A stretch of 64,000 nt of DNA from Deltaproteobacteria bacterium (GCA_009692435.1 SHZE01000001.1:13243-77242); one strand, 5' to 3'; counted from the stretch's first letter, positions 17,880-30,542 are shown. Notes: a model not told the origin generated them from the sequence alone. A program made the numbers and translations.

Positions 17880-20389
17880 AAGTCCTCCTCTGTTGTTGTG
17901 GTTGGGTTATCTTCTTCGGCGACCGTTGCGATTGTCGCCTCTTCCGCGACTATTTCATCCTCTTTTTCGGCGAGCAAGGCAAGACTGACCACGCGCTCTT
18001 CGGAGTTCGTCGTAACCAATCGTACACCTTGGGTGTTTCGTCCGATGACGCGTAATTCAACCATTCGCAGGCGAATGATTCTACCAGTATCAGTCACGAG
18101 CATCACGTGATCGTCGTCCGTGACTTGGCGCACGCTAATCACTTCGCCACTTCTTTCAGTCGTGCGCATGGTGATAATGCCTTTACCCCCACGTGATTGC
18201 CGTCGATATTCTTCAATCTCACTGCGTTTTCCGTATCCCTTGGCGGAGACAGTGAGCAGGGTCGCTCCAGTGTTAATCGTCTCAAGAGATACAACCGCAT
18301 CTGCCTCTTCGAGCGCGATGCCTTTGACGCCATAGGTTCCCCGTCCAGTTGAGCGGACTTCTTCTTCGGCAAAGCGGATGGCTTGTCCGTTCTTGGTGGA
18401 CAGCACGATTTGGTGGGTGCCATCGGTCAGGCGCACGCCAATCACTTCGTCGTCATCTTCGAGCGCGAGTGCGATAATGCCATCGCGCCGGGGATTGGAG
18501 TAGGACATCAATTCGGTTTTCTTTACTAACCCTTTGCGCGTGGCGAAGATAATATATTTTCCCTCTTGGAATTCACGCACTGGCAAGAAGGCGGAGATTT
18601 TCTCGTTCTCCCGGAGCGGCAACAGATTGACAATGGCTTTGCCCTTTGCCGTGCGTCCACCGAGCGGGATTTCGTGTACCTTGATCCAGTACACCCGCCC
18701 AATGGTCGTGAAACACAAGAAGTATGAATGGGTCGAAGAGATAAACAGATGTTCAACGAAATCCTCTTCCCGTGTCGCCGCGCCCATGACGCCTTTTCCC
18801 CCGCGTCGTTGCGAGCGATAGAGCGTGGGGGAATTGCGCTTCACGTACCCTTCATGGGAGATCGTCACGACCATGTCCACTTCAGCAATCAGGTCTTCAT
18901 CAGAAATGTTGGTAGTGTCGGTGACAATTTCTGTCCGCCGGTCATCAGCGAAGCGGGTACGAACGTCTTTCAGCTCGTTAACAATTAGGGTATCGATTTC
19001 TTGCGCACTCGCGAGCACGGTTTGGAGCCGCTGAATCTGAGCCACCGTTTCGTTGTGCTCGTCGAGAATTTTTCCCTGCTCCAGTTGAGTCAATCGCTGC
19101 AAACGCATTTCCAGAATCGCTTGCGCTTGAGGTTCACTCAGAGAGAATGCGCTCATGAGTCCTTGCCGCACGCTGGCGGGATTCTGTCCGTTGCGAATGA
19201 GCTGAATCATCGCGTCGAGATTCTCTAACGCGATTTTCAACCCAGCCAAAATATGGAGGCGGTCTTGGGCTTTTTTCAGTTCAAACGCCGTACGGCGGCG
19301 CACCACTTCTCGGCGATGGGCTAGAAAGAAGAGCAGCGTGTCCTTGAGGGTCAGAACCTGCGGGCGGCCATCAACAATGGCCAGCATAATGACGCCGAAC
19401 GAATCCTGCATCGGCGTCATGCGGTGCAGTTGATTGACAACAATAGTGGGAACCGCGTCGCGTTTGAGTTCGATGACAATACGCATGCCATCGCGATCCG
19501 ATTCGTCGCGGAGGTCCGAGATACCGTCGATGCGTTTTTCATTGACCAGTTCGGCAATGCGCTCAATCAAGCGGGCTTTGTTCACCTGGAAAGGAATTTC
19601 GGTGACGATAATACTGTTCTTGCCACTTTTCTCGTTCGTCTCCACCAACGTTCGAGCACGCATCTGTATGATGCCTCTGCCAGTTTCGTAGGCGTCGCGA
19701 ATGCCGGAAGTGCCGTAAATGAATCCAGCCGTGGGAAAATCAGGGCCGGGAATGTACTGCATGAGGTCGGCGTTGGTGAGAGAAGGATTGGCTAAGAGGG
19801 ATAGGAGTCCGGCAACGACTTCACCAAGGTTGTGTGGCGGGATATTCGTGGACATCCCGACCGCGATGCCGGAAGAACCGTTAATAAGTAAATTGGGGAC
19901 TTTGGCTGGTAAGACGACCGGTTCGCTGAGGGTGCCGTCGTAATTTTCCAGAAAATTGACGGTGTCTTGATCAATGTCGGCGAGCATCTCACTCGCAATG
20001 CGCGTCATGCGGATTTCGGTGTACCGCATCGCGGCTGGGGGATCGCCGTCTATCGAGCCGAAGTTCCCCTGCCCGTCGATGAGCGGATAACGCAGAGAAA
20101 AATCTTGGGCCATCCGCACGATGGTGTCATAGACGGCGGTATCACCGTGTGGGTGGTATTTACCAATCACATCGCCAACGATACGCGCCGATTTCTTATA
20201 GGCGCGGTTCCAATCGTTGCCGAGGTCGGACATGGCATACAGCACCCGACGATGAACAGGCTTCAGACCGTCGCGGACATCGGGGAGCGCTCTCCCGATG
20301 ATGACGCTCATGGCGTAGTCCATGTAGGACTGGCGCATTTCCTGTTCGATATTAACGGGGGTTATTAATCCGTTAGTGTGATGTTCCAT
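17876..20389 (-). CDS. gyrA: DNA gyrase subunit A
   Basis: Motifs [24 protein letters not shown], active-site Tyr region and the GyrA-box region; 837 aa with an acidic tail. Confidence 0.95.
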   Translation of the reverse strand: MEHHTNGLITPVNIEQEMRQSYMDYAMSVIIGRALPDVRDGLKPVHRRVLYAMSDLGNDWNRAYKKSARIVGDVIGKYHPHGDTAVYDTIVRMAQDFSLRYPLIDGQGNFGSIDGDPPAAMRYTEIRMTRIASEMLADIDQDTVNFLENYDGTLSEPVVLPAKVPNLLINGSSGIAVGMSTNIPPHNLGEVVAGLLSLLANPSLTNADLMQYIPGPDFPTAGFIYGTSGIRDAYETGRGIIQMRARTLVETNEKSGKNSIIVTEIPFQVNKARLIERIAELVNEKRIDGISDLRDESDRDGMRIVIELKRDAVPTIVVNQLHRMTPMQDSFGVIMLAIVDGRPQVLTLKDTLLFFLAHRREVVRRRTAFELKKAQDRLHILAGLKIALENLDAMIQLIRNGQNPASVRQGLMSAFSLSEPQAQAILEMRLQRLTQLEQGKILDEHNETVAQIQRLQTVLASAQEIDTLIVNELKDVRTRFADDRRTEIVTDTTNISDEDLIAEVDMVVTISHEGYVKRNSPTLYRSQRRGGKGVMGAATREEDFVEHLFISSTHSYFLCFTTIGRVYWIKVHEIPLGGRTAKGKAIVNLLPLRENEKISAFLPVREFQEGKYIIFATRKGLVKKTELMSYSNPRRDGIIALALEDDDEVIGVRLTDGTHQIVLSTKNGQAIRFAEEEVRSTGRGTYGVKGIALEEADAVVSLETINTGATLLTVSAKGYGKRSEIEEYRRQSRGGKGIITMRTTERSGEVISVRQVTDDDHVMLVTDTGRIIRLRMVELRVIGRNTQGVRLVTTNSEERVVSLALLAEKEDEIVAEEATIATVAEEDNPTTTTEEDL

Positions 20390-20401
20390 AAATGAAAATA
20401 A

Positions 20402-20495
20402 ACCGTAAAGCGTAAAACGTAAGTCAAAAGAAGACGTAAAAAGCTGAGCGTGAACGTTAATTTTTCATGTGCGTTTTACGCTTAGCTTTTTACGT

Positions 20496-20497
<2 letters not shown>
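20402..20497. repeat. ACGTAAA-unit palindromic element (family member 3 of 5); about 25-bp stem
   Basis: AGACGTAAAAAGCTGAGCGTGAACG pairs with CGTTTTACGCTTAGCTTTTTACGTCT; flanked by further CGTAAAG/CGTAAAACGTAAG units, in the gyrB-gyrA intergenic space. Confidence 0.65.
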
Positions 20498-22937
<2,440 letters not shown>

Positions 22938-23030
22938 CTATTGAAATTTTCCTCAAAAAAGTATCACGCCATAGAGTTTAAGTAAAGGTGAACACTGAGA
23001 GAAAAATCGTTCCAAAACAGTTTTACAAAA

Positions 23031-24185
23031 TTAAAAAATACGCATGGGCATGACGACATAAGAAAAATTTTGATCTTTCTCAGCTTGGATTAGGCACGGA
23101 CTCGATTCGTCCTTGAGCAGGAACGAGATTTTTTGTTCCCCTTCGAGGACAGAAAGCATCTCGATGAGGTACCGACCATTGAACCCGACGACGAGGTTTT
23201 CGCCCGCATAATCGATAGCGATTTCCTCGACCCCTTCGCCAAGGTCCGGGGTGTTGACCGAGATTTCCATTTTGTCTTTCTCGATCTGGATTTTGACGCC
23301 ACGCGATCGTTCGGTGGTGAGAATCAAGAGACGACGAAGGGCACTTAGTAGGTCCTCGCGAGAAAAGCTGACGACGTGTTTGGTATCTATCGGGATGACC
23401 TGGTTGTAGTCGGGAAAATCCCCCTCGACCAGGCGCATGGAGAGTTCCGTCGAGTCCCTAGCAACGTTAAGTGTTGAGCCGTGAAGCACGAGTTCAGTCT
23501 TTTCGTCTCCTTTTTCGAGTAATTTGCGGGCTTCAACGAGTCCTTTCCGGGGGAGAATCGCGCTAGGCCAGTCGATGGGCACAGTGCCGAACGCTTCGCG
23601 TTCGATGAAAGAAAGTCGGTGCCCGTCACTGGCAACCATTCTGAGACGGCCGTTTTCCTGCCCCTTTGGGGCCGTGCGGCCCTCCAAATAGACTCCGCTG
23701 AGGTTGGGGCGGGATTCATCGGGAGAGGCCGCGAAAAGGGTTTTCTCGATCATTTCCCGTAACGTCTGTCCGGCAATGGCAACTGATACTAACGGTTTCT
23801 TTCCTTCGACGTCGGCGGCAGGCGTGGAAACGAGTGCTGGGAATTCTTTAGGATCGAGGCTAGCCATACGGAATCTCGACTTGCCACTGCTGACCTCGAC
23901 CCAGCCGTTCCCGGTGGATCGTAACGAGACGCGATCTGGAGAAAGCTCTCGAACGATCTCGTACAGTTTGCGTGCGTCCGTCGTGACAGCCCCTTCTTTC
24001 TTGACTGTGGCTCTGCACTGCTGACGGAGGCCGATTTCGAGATCTGTCGCTCGGAGCGAGATCGCTCCGTCTTTCGATTCGATGAGTACATGCGAGAGGA
24101 TCGGCAAAGATGAGCGTTTCTCAACTACGCCTTGCACTAAATACAAACAGTGTAACAAATCTTCCTTTTCGAGAATGCTTTCCAT
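23031..24185 (-). CDS. dnaN: DNA polymerase III beta sliding clamp
   Basis: Three-domain, ~380 aa beta-clamp; the N-terminus LPILSHVLIE and overall length are consistent; located directly downstream of dnaA/oriC. Confidence 0.9.
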   Translation of the reverse strand: MESILEKEDLLHCLYLVQGVVEKRSSLPILSHVLIESKDGAISLRATDLEIGLRQQCRATVKKEGAVTTDARKLYEIVRELSPDRVSLRSTGNGWVEVSSGKSRFRMASLDPKEFPALVSTPAADVEGKKPLVSVAIAGQTLREMIEKTLFAASPDESRPNLSGVYLEGRTAPKGQENGRLRMVASDGHRLSFIEREAFGTVPIDWPSAILPRKGLVEARKLLEKGDEKTELVLHGSTLNVARDSTELSMRLVEGDFPDYNQVIPIDTKHVVSFSREDLLSALRRLLILTTERSRGVKIQIEKDKMEISVNTPDLGEGVEEIAIDYAGENLVVGFNGRYLIEMLSVLEGEQKISFLLKDESSPCLIQAEKDQNFSYVVMPMRIF

Positions 24186-24504
24186 TCCTCTCTTCCCTTT
24201 CTTATATTCCCAATTTTTTTCCGTTCATTCGGAGTCTTCACATTTTCATGCCTCCTTTTTTCTACTGCTACTTCTTATTTTTTCATAATAGTAGCAGTAG
24301 GGGGTGTGAATATGTGGATAAGTGGCTTAACTATATAGATTCGTTAAAATAGTTATTCACACCCCCTGTGAATAACCCTGTGAATAACTTGACCGAGGCA
24401 AAAAGTTATCCACAGGTTATCCACAGGTTATCCACAGGTTATTCACAGGTTATGCACAGGGTTATGCACAGGGTTATGCACACCCTCTCAAACCCTGTTT
24501 CCAA
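24186..24504. other. oriC: Chromosomal replication origin oriC (dnaA-dnaN intergenic): AT-rich unwinding element plus a DnaA-box cluster
   Basis: AT-rich tract 24190-24300 with a perfect 10-bp inverted repeat CTACTGCTAC/GTAGCAGTAG. Consensus DnaA boxes TGTGGATAA (24313), TGTGAATAA x2 (24367, 24379) and TTATTCACA (24353). Followed by a head-to-tail array of 7 boxes. Confidence 0.85.
24406..24490 (+). repeat. Array of 7 tandem DnaA boxes with 11-12 bp period: (TTATCCACAGG)x3, TTATTCACAGG, (TTATGCACAGGG)x3
   Basis: Seen directly in the sequence. There are no spacers between the units, so this is not a CRISPR array. Three boxes are the perfect consensus TTATCCACA. Confidence 0.85.
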
Positions 24505-25866
24505 TTAATTTTCTTCTCCGAAAACTATGTTTTCAATCCGTGCGAGAACGGCCCGTAGCTCTTCATCCTGCTTGAGGCGTTTCTCAATAGAAGCACATGC
24601 GTATAACGCTGTTGTGTGATTTTTACCACCAAAGCGGACGCCAATCATGGGGTATGAAGCCCCAGCTAACTTGCGGCACAGGAACATGGCGACTTGACGC
24701 GGAAAGGCGACCATCTGTGTCCGTTTCTTAGAGGTCAGATCAATGACCCGGATAGCGAAGTATTTGCACACCGCTTTCTGGACCGTTTCGACCGAAACTT
24801 CTTTGTCCTTATCTTTTCCCCCTCTCATGAGGTTTTGTAGGACCTGCTGAGCAAGGTCAATCGTAATCGGACTGTCAGTCATGGTAGAAAAGGCCCCGAG
24901 CTTGGTGAGCCCGCCCTCAAGCTCGCGAACATTAGCGGTCACGTGGGTCGCGATAAAGAGCGAGACATCGTGAGGGAGCTGGATTTTCTTTTGTTGCGCC
25001 TTTTTTTGGAGGATGGCGACGCGAGTTTCAAGGTCTGGTGGTTGGATATCGGCGATCAATCCCCACTCGAAGCGATTTCGCAGCCGCTCTTCGAGTCCTT
25101 CAATCTCGTTGGGAAATTTATCGGACGTGAGAATGATCTGCTTGTGGGATTGGTGAAGCGTATTGAACGTATGGAAAAACTCTTCTTGGGTCCGTTCGCG
25201 GCCGGAGAGAAACTGGATGTCGTCGATGATTAAGACATCCGCCTGGCGGAACTTATTCTTAAAGTCATCCATGCGGTCACGCCGTAGATGCGCGATCAAT
25301 TCATTAGTGAAAGTTTCTGACGATAAATAGAAAACACTCTTCCCACCTTGCTTCACGATCGTTTCGTGCCCAATCGCGTTAATGAGGTGAGTTTTTCCTA
25401 ACCCGACACCACCATAGATAAAAAGCGGGTTATAGTGCTTGCCTGGATGTTCGGCGACCGCGCGTGCGGCGGCATTGGCAAATTGATTGCCAGCACCAAC
25501 GATAAAAGAGGAGAACGTATAATTGGAGACCAGCCCGTTCTTTTTCGTGCCAGTGGAGCGTGAGGACTCCCCCTTTGTGTTCTCCCGGTCGTCATATTGT
25601 TGTGACGGAAATAGCTCGCCCTGTTGTTTGGCCGCGACATGGATGACGATCTGGACCGCGAAGCCAAGAATGGTTTCGAGCGATTTCCGAATATGGGGTA
25701 GGAGATTTTCTAATAACCAGTCACGGAACAACGAATTCGGCACTTCAAGGTGCAGCGTGTCCTCGCGGAGTGCGAGGGGTTTCACTGGCTTGAGCCAGGT
25801 TTCCGTCGTGACATGACCGACCTTCTTCTCAACCTCATTAAGGACCTGCCCCCATATATGCTGCAC
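24505..25866 (-). CDS. dnaA: Chromosomal replication initiator DnaA (start trimmed to the GTG at 25866)
   Basis: AAA+ motifs GVGLGKTHL, sensor regions and C-terminal DnaA-box-binding domain. The 58 N-terminal codons of the 511-aa ORF cover a palindromic pair of DnaA boxes (GTTATTCACACCTGTGAATAAC, 25899-25920) and have no DnaA domain-I similarity, so the true start is likely downstream. Confidence 0.85.
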   Translation of the reverse strand: MQHIWGQVLNEVEKKVGHVTTETWLKPVKPLALREDTLHLEVPNSLFRDWLLENLLPHIRKSLETILGFAVQIVIHVAAKQQGELFPSQQYDDRENTKGESSRSTGTKKNGLVSNYTFSSFIVGAGNQFANAAARAVAEHPGKHYNPLFIYGGVGLGKTHLINAIGHETIVKQGGKSVFYLSSETFTNELIAHLRRDRMDDFKNKFRQADVLIIDDIQFLSGRERTQEEFFHTFNTLHQSHKQIILTSDKFPNEIEGLEERLRNRFEWGLIADIQPPDLETRVAILQKKAQQKKIQLPHDVSLFIATHVTANVRELEGGLTKLGAFSTMTDSPITIDLAQQVLQNLMRGGKDKDKEVSVETVQKAVCKYFAIRVIDLTSKKRTQMVAFPRQVAMFLCRKLAGASYPMIGVRFGGKNHTTALYACASIEKRLKQDEELRAVLARIENIVFGEEN

Positions 25867-26267
25867 GCCGCCCCCCTCCCGTTGTTTCGCGAGAAGGGAG
25901 TTATTCACACCTGTGAATAACTCTCCAACATGACCTAATGACTGAAGTTTTTCCCCTTGCACCACAAAGTTCTCCACATACTTCTCCCCCGCCTTTTCTC
26001 TCTCCATCCCAGGGAGGCCCTGGCATCCGCCAAGCATCAATGGGGAAGAGGGGGTAAGCCTTCACTATTTTTACTGTTCTGTGTCGGAAAAAAAGAGATT
26101 GAACTGAATGAGTATGGGAATGGAGTAGACTCTTTTTTTTCCCTTTGCAAGCAAAAAAATGTACTCCGGCAGAAGTGGTTGTGTTGTCTATCGTTTTGGT
26201 TTGCCTTGACTCACAAAATGTCGGATGGTAACAGGATGAAAGTCTTTCACGCGCAGGGAACATTTCT

Positions 26268-27551
26268 ATGTCCACGTCCCACAAGCTTTTTCTCGAAGCC
26301 CAACAATACATCCCCGGTGGGGTCAACAGTCCCGTACGCGCTTGGCGCGCGGTCGGCGGCGATCCCCTGTTCATTCAACGGGGACGTGGCTGTCGTGTGA
26401 TCGACGCCGATGGCAGAGAGTATCTCGATTATGTTGGGTCATGGGGGCCGTTGATTGCCGGTCATGCGCATCCGCAAATTGTGAGAGCACTAGAAGAGAG
26501 TCTGAAACGGGGCACAAGCTTTGGCGCACCCACGGCGAAGGAAATCGAACTCGCCAAAATGATCGTCGCGGCGGTGCCATCAATCGAGAAAGTCCGACTC
26601 ACCTCTTCTGGCACTGAGGCGACGATGACCGCGCTACGACTTGCACGTGGTTATACGAAGCGCACCAAGATTCTCAAATTTGCTGGCTGTTACCACGGCC
26701 ACAGTGATGCGCTCCTTGTTCGTGCTGGTTCCGGAGCACTGACGTTTAGTCAACCAGACAGCCAAGGCGTTCCTGAAGCATTCGCAAGCCAGACGTTAGT
26801 GGCGGACTACAACAACCTCGCGAGTGTTGAGGCCTACTGCAAAGCCGATCCGACTGGCATTGCCGCTGTCATTGTCGAACCGATTGCCGGCAATATGGGG
26901 CTGATTCTTCCAAAGCCAGAATTTCTTTCCGGTCTGCGCAAGATTACGCAAGAGTATGGGATCGTCTTGATTTTCGATGAGGTCATTAGCGGATTTCGTG
27001 TCGGGCTCGGTGGAGCTCAGGCGCTGTATAACATCACGCCAGACCTCACGTGTCTTGGAAAAATCGTTGGTGGCGGCATGCCTCTTGCCGCAGTTGGTGG
27101 CAAACGCGAGATTATGGATATGCTCGCGCCGCTGGGTCCCGTGTACCAAGCCGGGACCTTGTCTGGGAATCCGTTGGCAGTGACCGCGGGTGTCGAAACC
27201 CTCAAACTCGTGAGTGCGCCAGGAACGTATCACCGCCTCAATGAGCTTGGCGCCATGATGGCCGAGGGGTTACGCGTAGCGGTGAAGGACACCGGGACTC
27301 TGGCGTGCGTCAATCAAATCGGGTCGATGTTTACCTTATTCTTTGGCGTTGAACAGGTAGACGACTACGCAACCGCTACACAAAGTGACACTCAACTCTT
27401 CGCTCGTTTCTTCCAGGGTATGATTGCACGCGGTTTTTACTTACCACCGTCGCAATTTGAGACCTGTTTTATTTCTCTAGTCCATGGAGAAGCTGAAGTG
27501 CGGGAGACCGTAGCGGCGGCGAAAGACGTTCTGAAAAATCTACGGCTGTGA
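26268..27551 (+). CDS. hemL: Glutamate-1-semialdehyde 2,1-aminomutase
   Basis: Class-III aminotransferase fold with the PLP-Lys region (FDEVISGFR...GKIVGGG); full-length HemL similarity. Confidence 0.9.
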   Translation: MSTSHKLFLEAQQYIPGGVNSPVRAWRAVGGDPLFIQRGRGCRVIDADGREYLDYVGSWGPLIAGHAHPQIVRALEESLKRGTSFGAPTAKEIELAKMIVAAVPSIEKVRLTSSGTEATMTALRLARGYTKRTKILKFAGCYHGHSDALLVRAGSGALTFSQPDSQGVPEAFASQTLVADYNNLASVEAYCKADPTGIAAVIVEPIAGNMGLILPKPEFLSGLRKITQEYGIVLIFDEVISGFRVGLGGAQALYNITPDLTCLGKIVGGGMPLAAVGGKREIMDMLAPLGPVYQAGTLSGNPLAVTAGVETLKLVSAPGTYHRLNELGAMMAEGLRVAVKDTGTLACVNQIGSMFTLFFGVEQVDDYATATQSDTQLFARFFQGMIARGFYLPPSQFETCFISLVHGEAEVRETVAAAKDVLKNLRL

Positions 27552-27557
27552 GCCGCC

Positions 27558-27797
27558 ATGCCAAAAGAGCCATCTCTGTTCTCCTATGGAAAATATGCGG
27601 CTCTTGGGTTTGAGTTCGCAGGTGCCGCGCTGGGCGGAATTCTGCTAGGGAGTTATCTGGACAAATTCTTTGGGACCAGCCCGTGGGGGACACTGCTCGG
27701 CGCTCTGGGCGGTTTAGTTGGTGCGGTGTATCGTCTCATCATCGTTCTCCCCAAGATTTCGGCACACCGTGAAGTCGACAATAATCACAAAAATTGA
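27558..27797 (+). CDS. atpZ: AtpZ-like small membrane protein (putative F-ATPase assembly protein)
   Basis: 79 aa, two Gly-rich TM helices, immediately upstream of atpI-atpB-atpE. Confidence 0.45.
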   Translation: MPKEPSLFSYGKYAALGFEFAGAALGGILLGSYLDKFFGTSPWGTLLGALGGLVGAVYRLIIVLPKISAHREVDNNHKN

Positions 27798-28167
27798 ACG
27801 TCTGAACCTCCTTCTCCTGGGAGTCGGTGCGCTCATTGGATGGAGCTTGGAAATTGTCCATCCCGCCAGCTTTCTCACCGGTGGGCTCGTCATGCAGGCC
27901 AATTTTTGGTTATGGAAGCGCATCGCCGGATTTCTCCTCTTTCAAGCGCGGATGGGGACCGGGGAGAAGCGCTGGGCAGTCTTCTGGGTTCTGGTCAAAG
28001 GCATCTCCTTCCTGTTCCTGCTTGGTGCATTGTTCCTCCAATATCCGATTCGGGCGGGAAGCTTCCTGTTAGGGGTCTCTTTACTGCTTGTGACCTGCAT
28101 GATAGTCACGCTGTCCGGCGCGGGAACTGGCATTGAACACACGGTCCCCAACGAACAAAAAATCTAA
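27769..28167 (+). CDS. atpI: ATP synthase protein I (AtpI-like 4-TM protein); start uncertain (in-frame GTG at 27769 or ATG at 27718)
   Basis: Hydrophobic ~130 aa protein in the conserved slot between atpZ and atpB. Confidence 0.45.
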   Translation: MKSTIITKIERLNLLLLGVGALIGWSLEIVHPASFLTGGLVMQANFWLWKRIAGFLLFQARMGTGEKRWAVFWVLVKGISFLFLLGALFLQYPIRAGSFLLGVSLLLVTCMIVTLSGAGTGIEHTVPNEQKI

Positions 28168-28192
28168 CCCCATATTCTCTTACGGTATTTAC

Positions 28193-28909
28193 ATGGAACA
28201 TCCCTTCACTTGGGTCGCGGCTATCCCTCTGGTCAACCTCTTGCCCGGTCATTTAGTAACGTCGATTCTCGTGACGCTGCTCATCATGTGGTGTGCCTAT
28301 CGCGCGCATGAACAGATGTATGCGTCCGACGATAGCGCGATTCCTGACGACTCGATCACGCTGCGGAATATCGCTGAGCTGCTGGTTGAGGGGATTAAAA
28401 GCATGGCCGAAGGGGTACTGGGTCAGGAAGCGAAACGTTTCATTCCCCTGTACGGCACCTTCTTCATCTTTATTCTGACCGCCAACCTCATTGGTCTTCT
28501 GCCGGGATTCGCGCCACCCACGAGCAATTTTAATGTCACGTTAGCGCTTGGACTGGTGTCGTTCGTCGCATATAACGCCTACGCTTTCAAGTCGCAGGGA
28601 ATGGCTTATCTCAAGCATTTCGTGGGACCACTCGTGTGGCTTGCCCCACTGATGATTCCCTTGGAAATCATCGACAACATCGTCAGACCGTTCTCCCTCT
28701 CGCTTCGGCTTCTGGGGAACATGACTGGCGACCATGTGGTGCTAGAAATTTTTACTGACCTGACCAAGCTAATTATTCCCGTCGTGTTTTACATGCTGGG
28801 AACCTTTGTTTGCGTCGTGCAAGCCTTTGTTTTCACGTTGCTGAGCATGGTGTACGTGTCACTCGCTGGTGGGGTTGGGCACGGGCACGGCGAAGCGGCG
28901 CATCATTAA
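28193..28909 (+). CDS. atpB: F0F1 ATP synthase subunit a
   Basis: Conserved a-subunit motif SLSLRLLGNMTGDH (essential Arg) and 5-6 TM helices. Start set to MEHPFTW. Confidence 0.85.
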   Translation: MEHPFTWVAAIPLVNLLPGHLVTSILVTLLIMWCAYRAHEQMYASDDSAIPDDSITLRNIAELLVEGIKSMAEGVLGQEAKRFIPLYGTFFIFILTANLIGLLPGFAPPTSNFNVTLALGLVSFVAYNAYAFKSQGMAYLKHFVGPLVWLAPLMIPLEIIDNIVRPFSLSLRLLGNMTGDHVVLEIFTDLTKLIIPVVFYMLGTFVCVVQAFVFTLLSMVYVSLAGGVGHGHGEAAHH

Positions 28910-29026
28910 ACAACAATTGCCACATCAAACTGCTTTCGCACACGTGAGCGGGCACTGGTGGAAGAGGATAAGAGGAGAGGTGGCGCCCACGCAGCTCACG
29001 TGTTGGAGAGCACGAAAGGAGTCCGT

Positions 29027-29380
29027 ATGAAGAAGTCTGGGTTAGTTGGATCGTTCACGACGGTAGCACTGCTGACGATCGTGGGGAGTGTATTCGGGCA
29101 AGAAGGGGCCCAGGAAGCCACTGAAGCGGCAGCCGCTGCTGGCGGTGGGAATCTTGGGGTCGGGCTTGGTGCGTTGGGCGCCGGGCTTGCTCTTGGGTTA
29201 GCAGGGTTGGGTGCCGGTATTGGTCAAGGGCGCGCGGTGGGATCGGCTATGGAATCAATTGGTCGCAACCCGAACTCGGCTGACAAAGTGTTCACGCCAA
29301 TGATTATCGGCCTCGCGTTTATGGAAGCACTGGCCATCTACGCTTTGGTTATTGCGTTTATCTTCTCTGGCAAACTCTAG
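29027..29380 (+). CDS. atpE: F0F1 ATP synthase subunit c, with an N-terminal signal-like extension
   Basis: [23 protein letters not shown] ... [14 protein letters not shown] (ion-binding Glu) is a typical c-subunit hairpin; extra N-terminal hydrophobic segment. Confidence 0.8.
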   Translation: MKKSGLVGSFTTVALLTIVGSVFGQEGAQEATEAAAAAGGGNLGVGLGALGAGLALGLAGLGAGIGQGRAVGSAMESIGRNPNSADKVFTPMIIGLAFMEALAIYALVIAFIFSGKL

Positions 29381-29403
29381 CCTCTAAAAGGGGTCGGGTT
29401 ACG

Positions 29404-29459
29404 GGGGACGGGTTGTAGAAAACAAAAAACCGTCCCCTGTTCCCCCGTCCCCTGTTCCC
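29404..29459. terminator. GC-rich hairpin (GGGGACGG/CCGTCCCC) plus CGTCCCCTGTTCCC direct repeat between the convergent atpE and asd genes
   Basis: 8-bp perfect stem with 18-nt loop, followed by two copies of CGTCCCCTGTTCCC. No clear U-tract, so its function as an intrinsic terminator is uncertain. Confidence 0.4.
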
Positions 29460-29462
29460 GTC

Positions 29463-30542
29463 CTATACGTACCCCTTCTGCATCAGACATTCCGCCATTA
29501 ACACGGCACCCTTGGCCGCGCCCATCTTGGTGTTGTGGCTCACCAACATATATTTGATCGCGTTATCGAGTACCGTGTCCTTGCGGATACGACCGACTGA
29601 AGTCGCCATGCCGTCTTCCGCGTCACGATCAAGCCGTGGCTGAGGCCGGAACGGATCGTCGTGGACGATAATCATGTGTTGTGGAGCGGACGGAAGTCCC
29701 TGCTTCACAAAACTCTGACCAAACTCGATCATCGCCGCGCGTGCATCACCAACCGAGCAGGGTCGATCCATCGAGGCAAACACCGATTCCGTGTGTCCTT
29801 CGATCACCGCCGCGCGCGTGCACGTGGCACTAACCACGACGTCGGCTGGCGAGATGTTCCCTCCACTGAGTGTACCGAGAATCTTGCGGGTTTCCTTCTC
29901 AACTTTTTCCTCTTCACCAGAAATGAAGGGAATAATGTTGTCGATAATATCGAGCGCGATCACGCCAGGTGAGCGCCCAGCGCCGGACACCCCTTGCATC
30001 GAGGTCATAATCACTTTCTTGACCCCAAAGGTATCGAACAGCGGCTTGAGGGTAATGGCGAGCCCGACCGTCGTACAGTTCGGTTGAGTAGCGATGTATC
30101 CTTTCCAGCCACGATTCTTGCGCTGTGCGTCGATGAGATGGATATGGTCGAGATTCACCCCGGGGATGAAGATTGGTACGTCTTGCTCATAGCGGAACGC
30201 AGAGGCTGTGCTGACAACTGGAGTCGTCTTGGCATACAGCGGTTCCAGTTCACGTGCTGGGTCTGACTCGACGGCGGAGAATACCAAATCGACCCCACTC
30301 AGATTGAGGGTGGACGCCTCATAGACCGGGAGAGCAAGGGCGTCCTGCGGTGGTTCTTCCTTGCACCACCACCGTCGCGCGCCGGTCTTGGGATCACGAA
30401 TTGCCTCGGCATAACTCTTTCCTGCCGAGCGTTCCGAAGCCGCCAGCACAGCGATTTCCAACCAAGGATGATTCCGTAACGCAACCAGGAATTGTTGCCC
30501 GGTAATTCCGGTCGCACCAACAATAGCAACTCGTTTTTTCAT
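29463..30542 (-). CDS. asd: Aspartate-semialdehyde dehydrogenase
   Basis: NAD(P)-binding N-terminus MKKRVAIVGATGITGQ; catalytic Cys region NCTT; ~359 aa. Confidence 0.9.
   Translation of the reverse strand: MKKRVAIVGATGITGQQFLVALRNHPWLEIAVLAASERSAGKSYAEAIRDPKTGARRWWCKEEPPQDALALPVYEASTLNLSGVDLVFSAVESDPARELEPLYAKTTPVVSTASAFRYEQDVPIFIPGVNLDHIHLIDAQRKNRGWKGYIATQPNCTTVGLAITLKPLFDTFGVKKVIMTSMQGVSGAGRSPGVIALDIIDNIIPFISGEEEKVEKETRKILGTLSGGNISPADVVVSATCTRAAVIEGHTESVFASMDRPCSVGDARAAMIEFGQSFVKQGLPSAPQHMIIVHDDPFRPQPRLDRDAEDGMATSVGRIRKDTVLDNAIKYMLVSHNTKMGAAKGAVLMAECLMQKGYV

Noticed and set aside
24406-24490. Regularly spaced direct repeats (TTATCCACAGG…) that could superficially look like a CRISPR-type array
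   Set aside because: The units are contiguous with no spacers, are only 11-12 bp long, are the consensus DnaA box, and lie between dnaA and dnaN. This is an oriC box array, not a CRISPR array.
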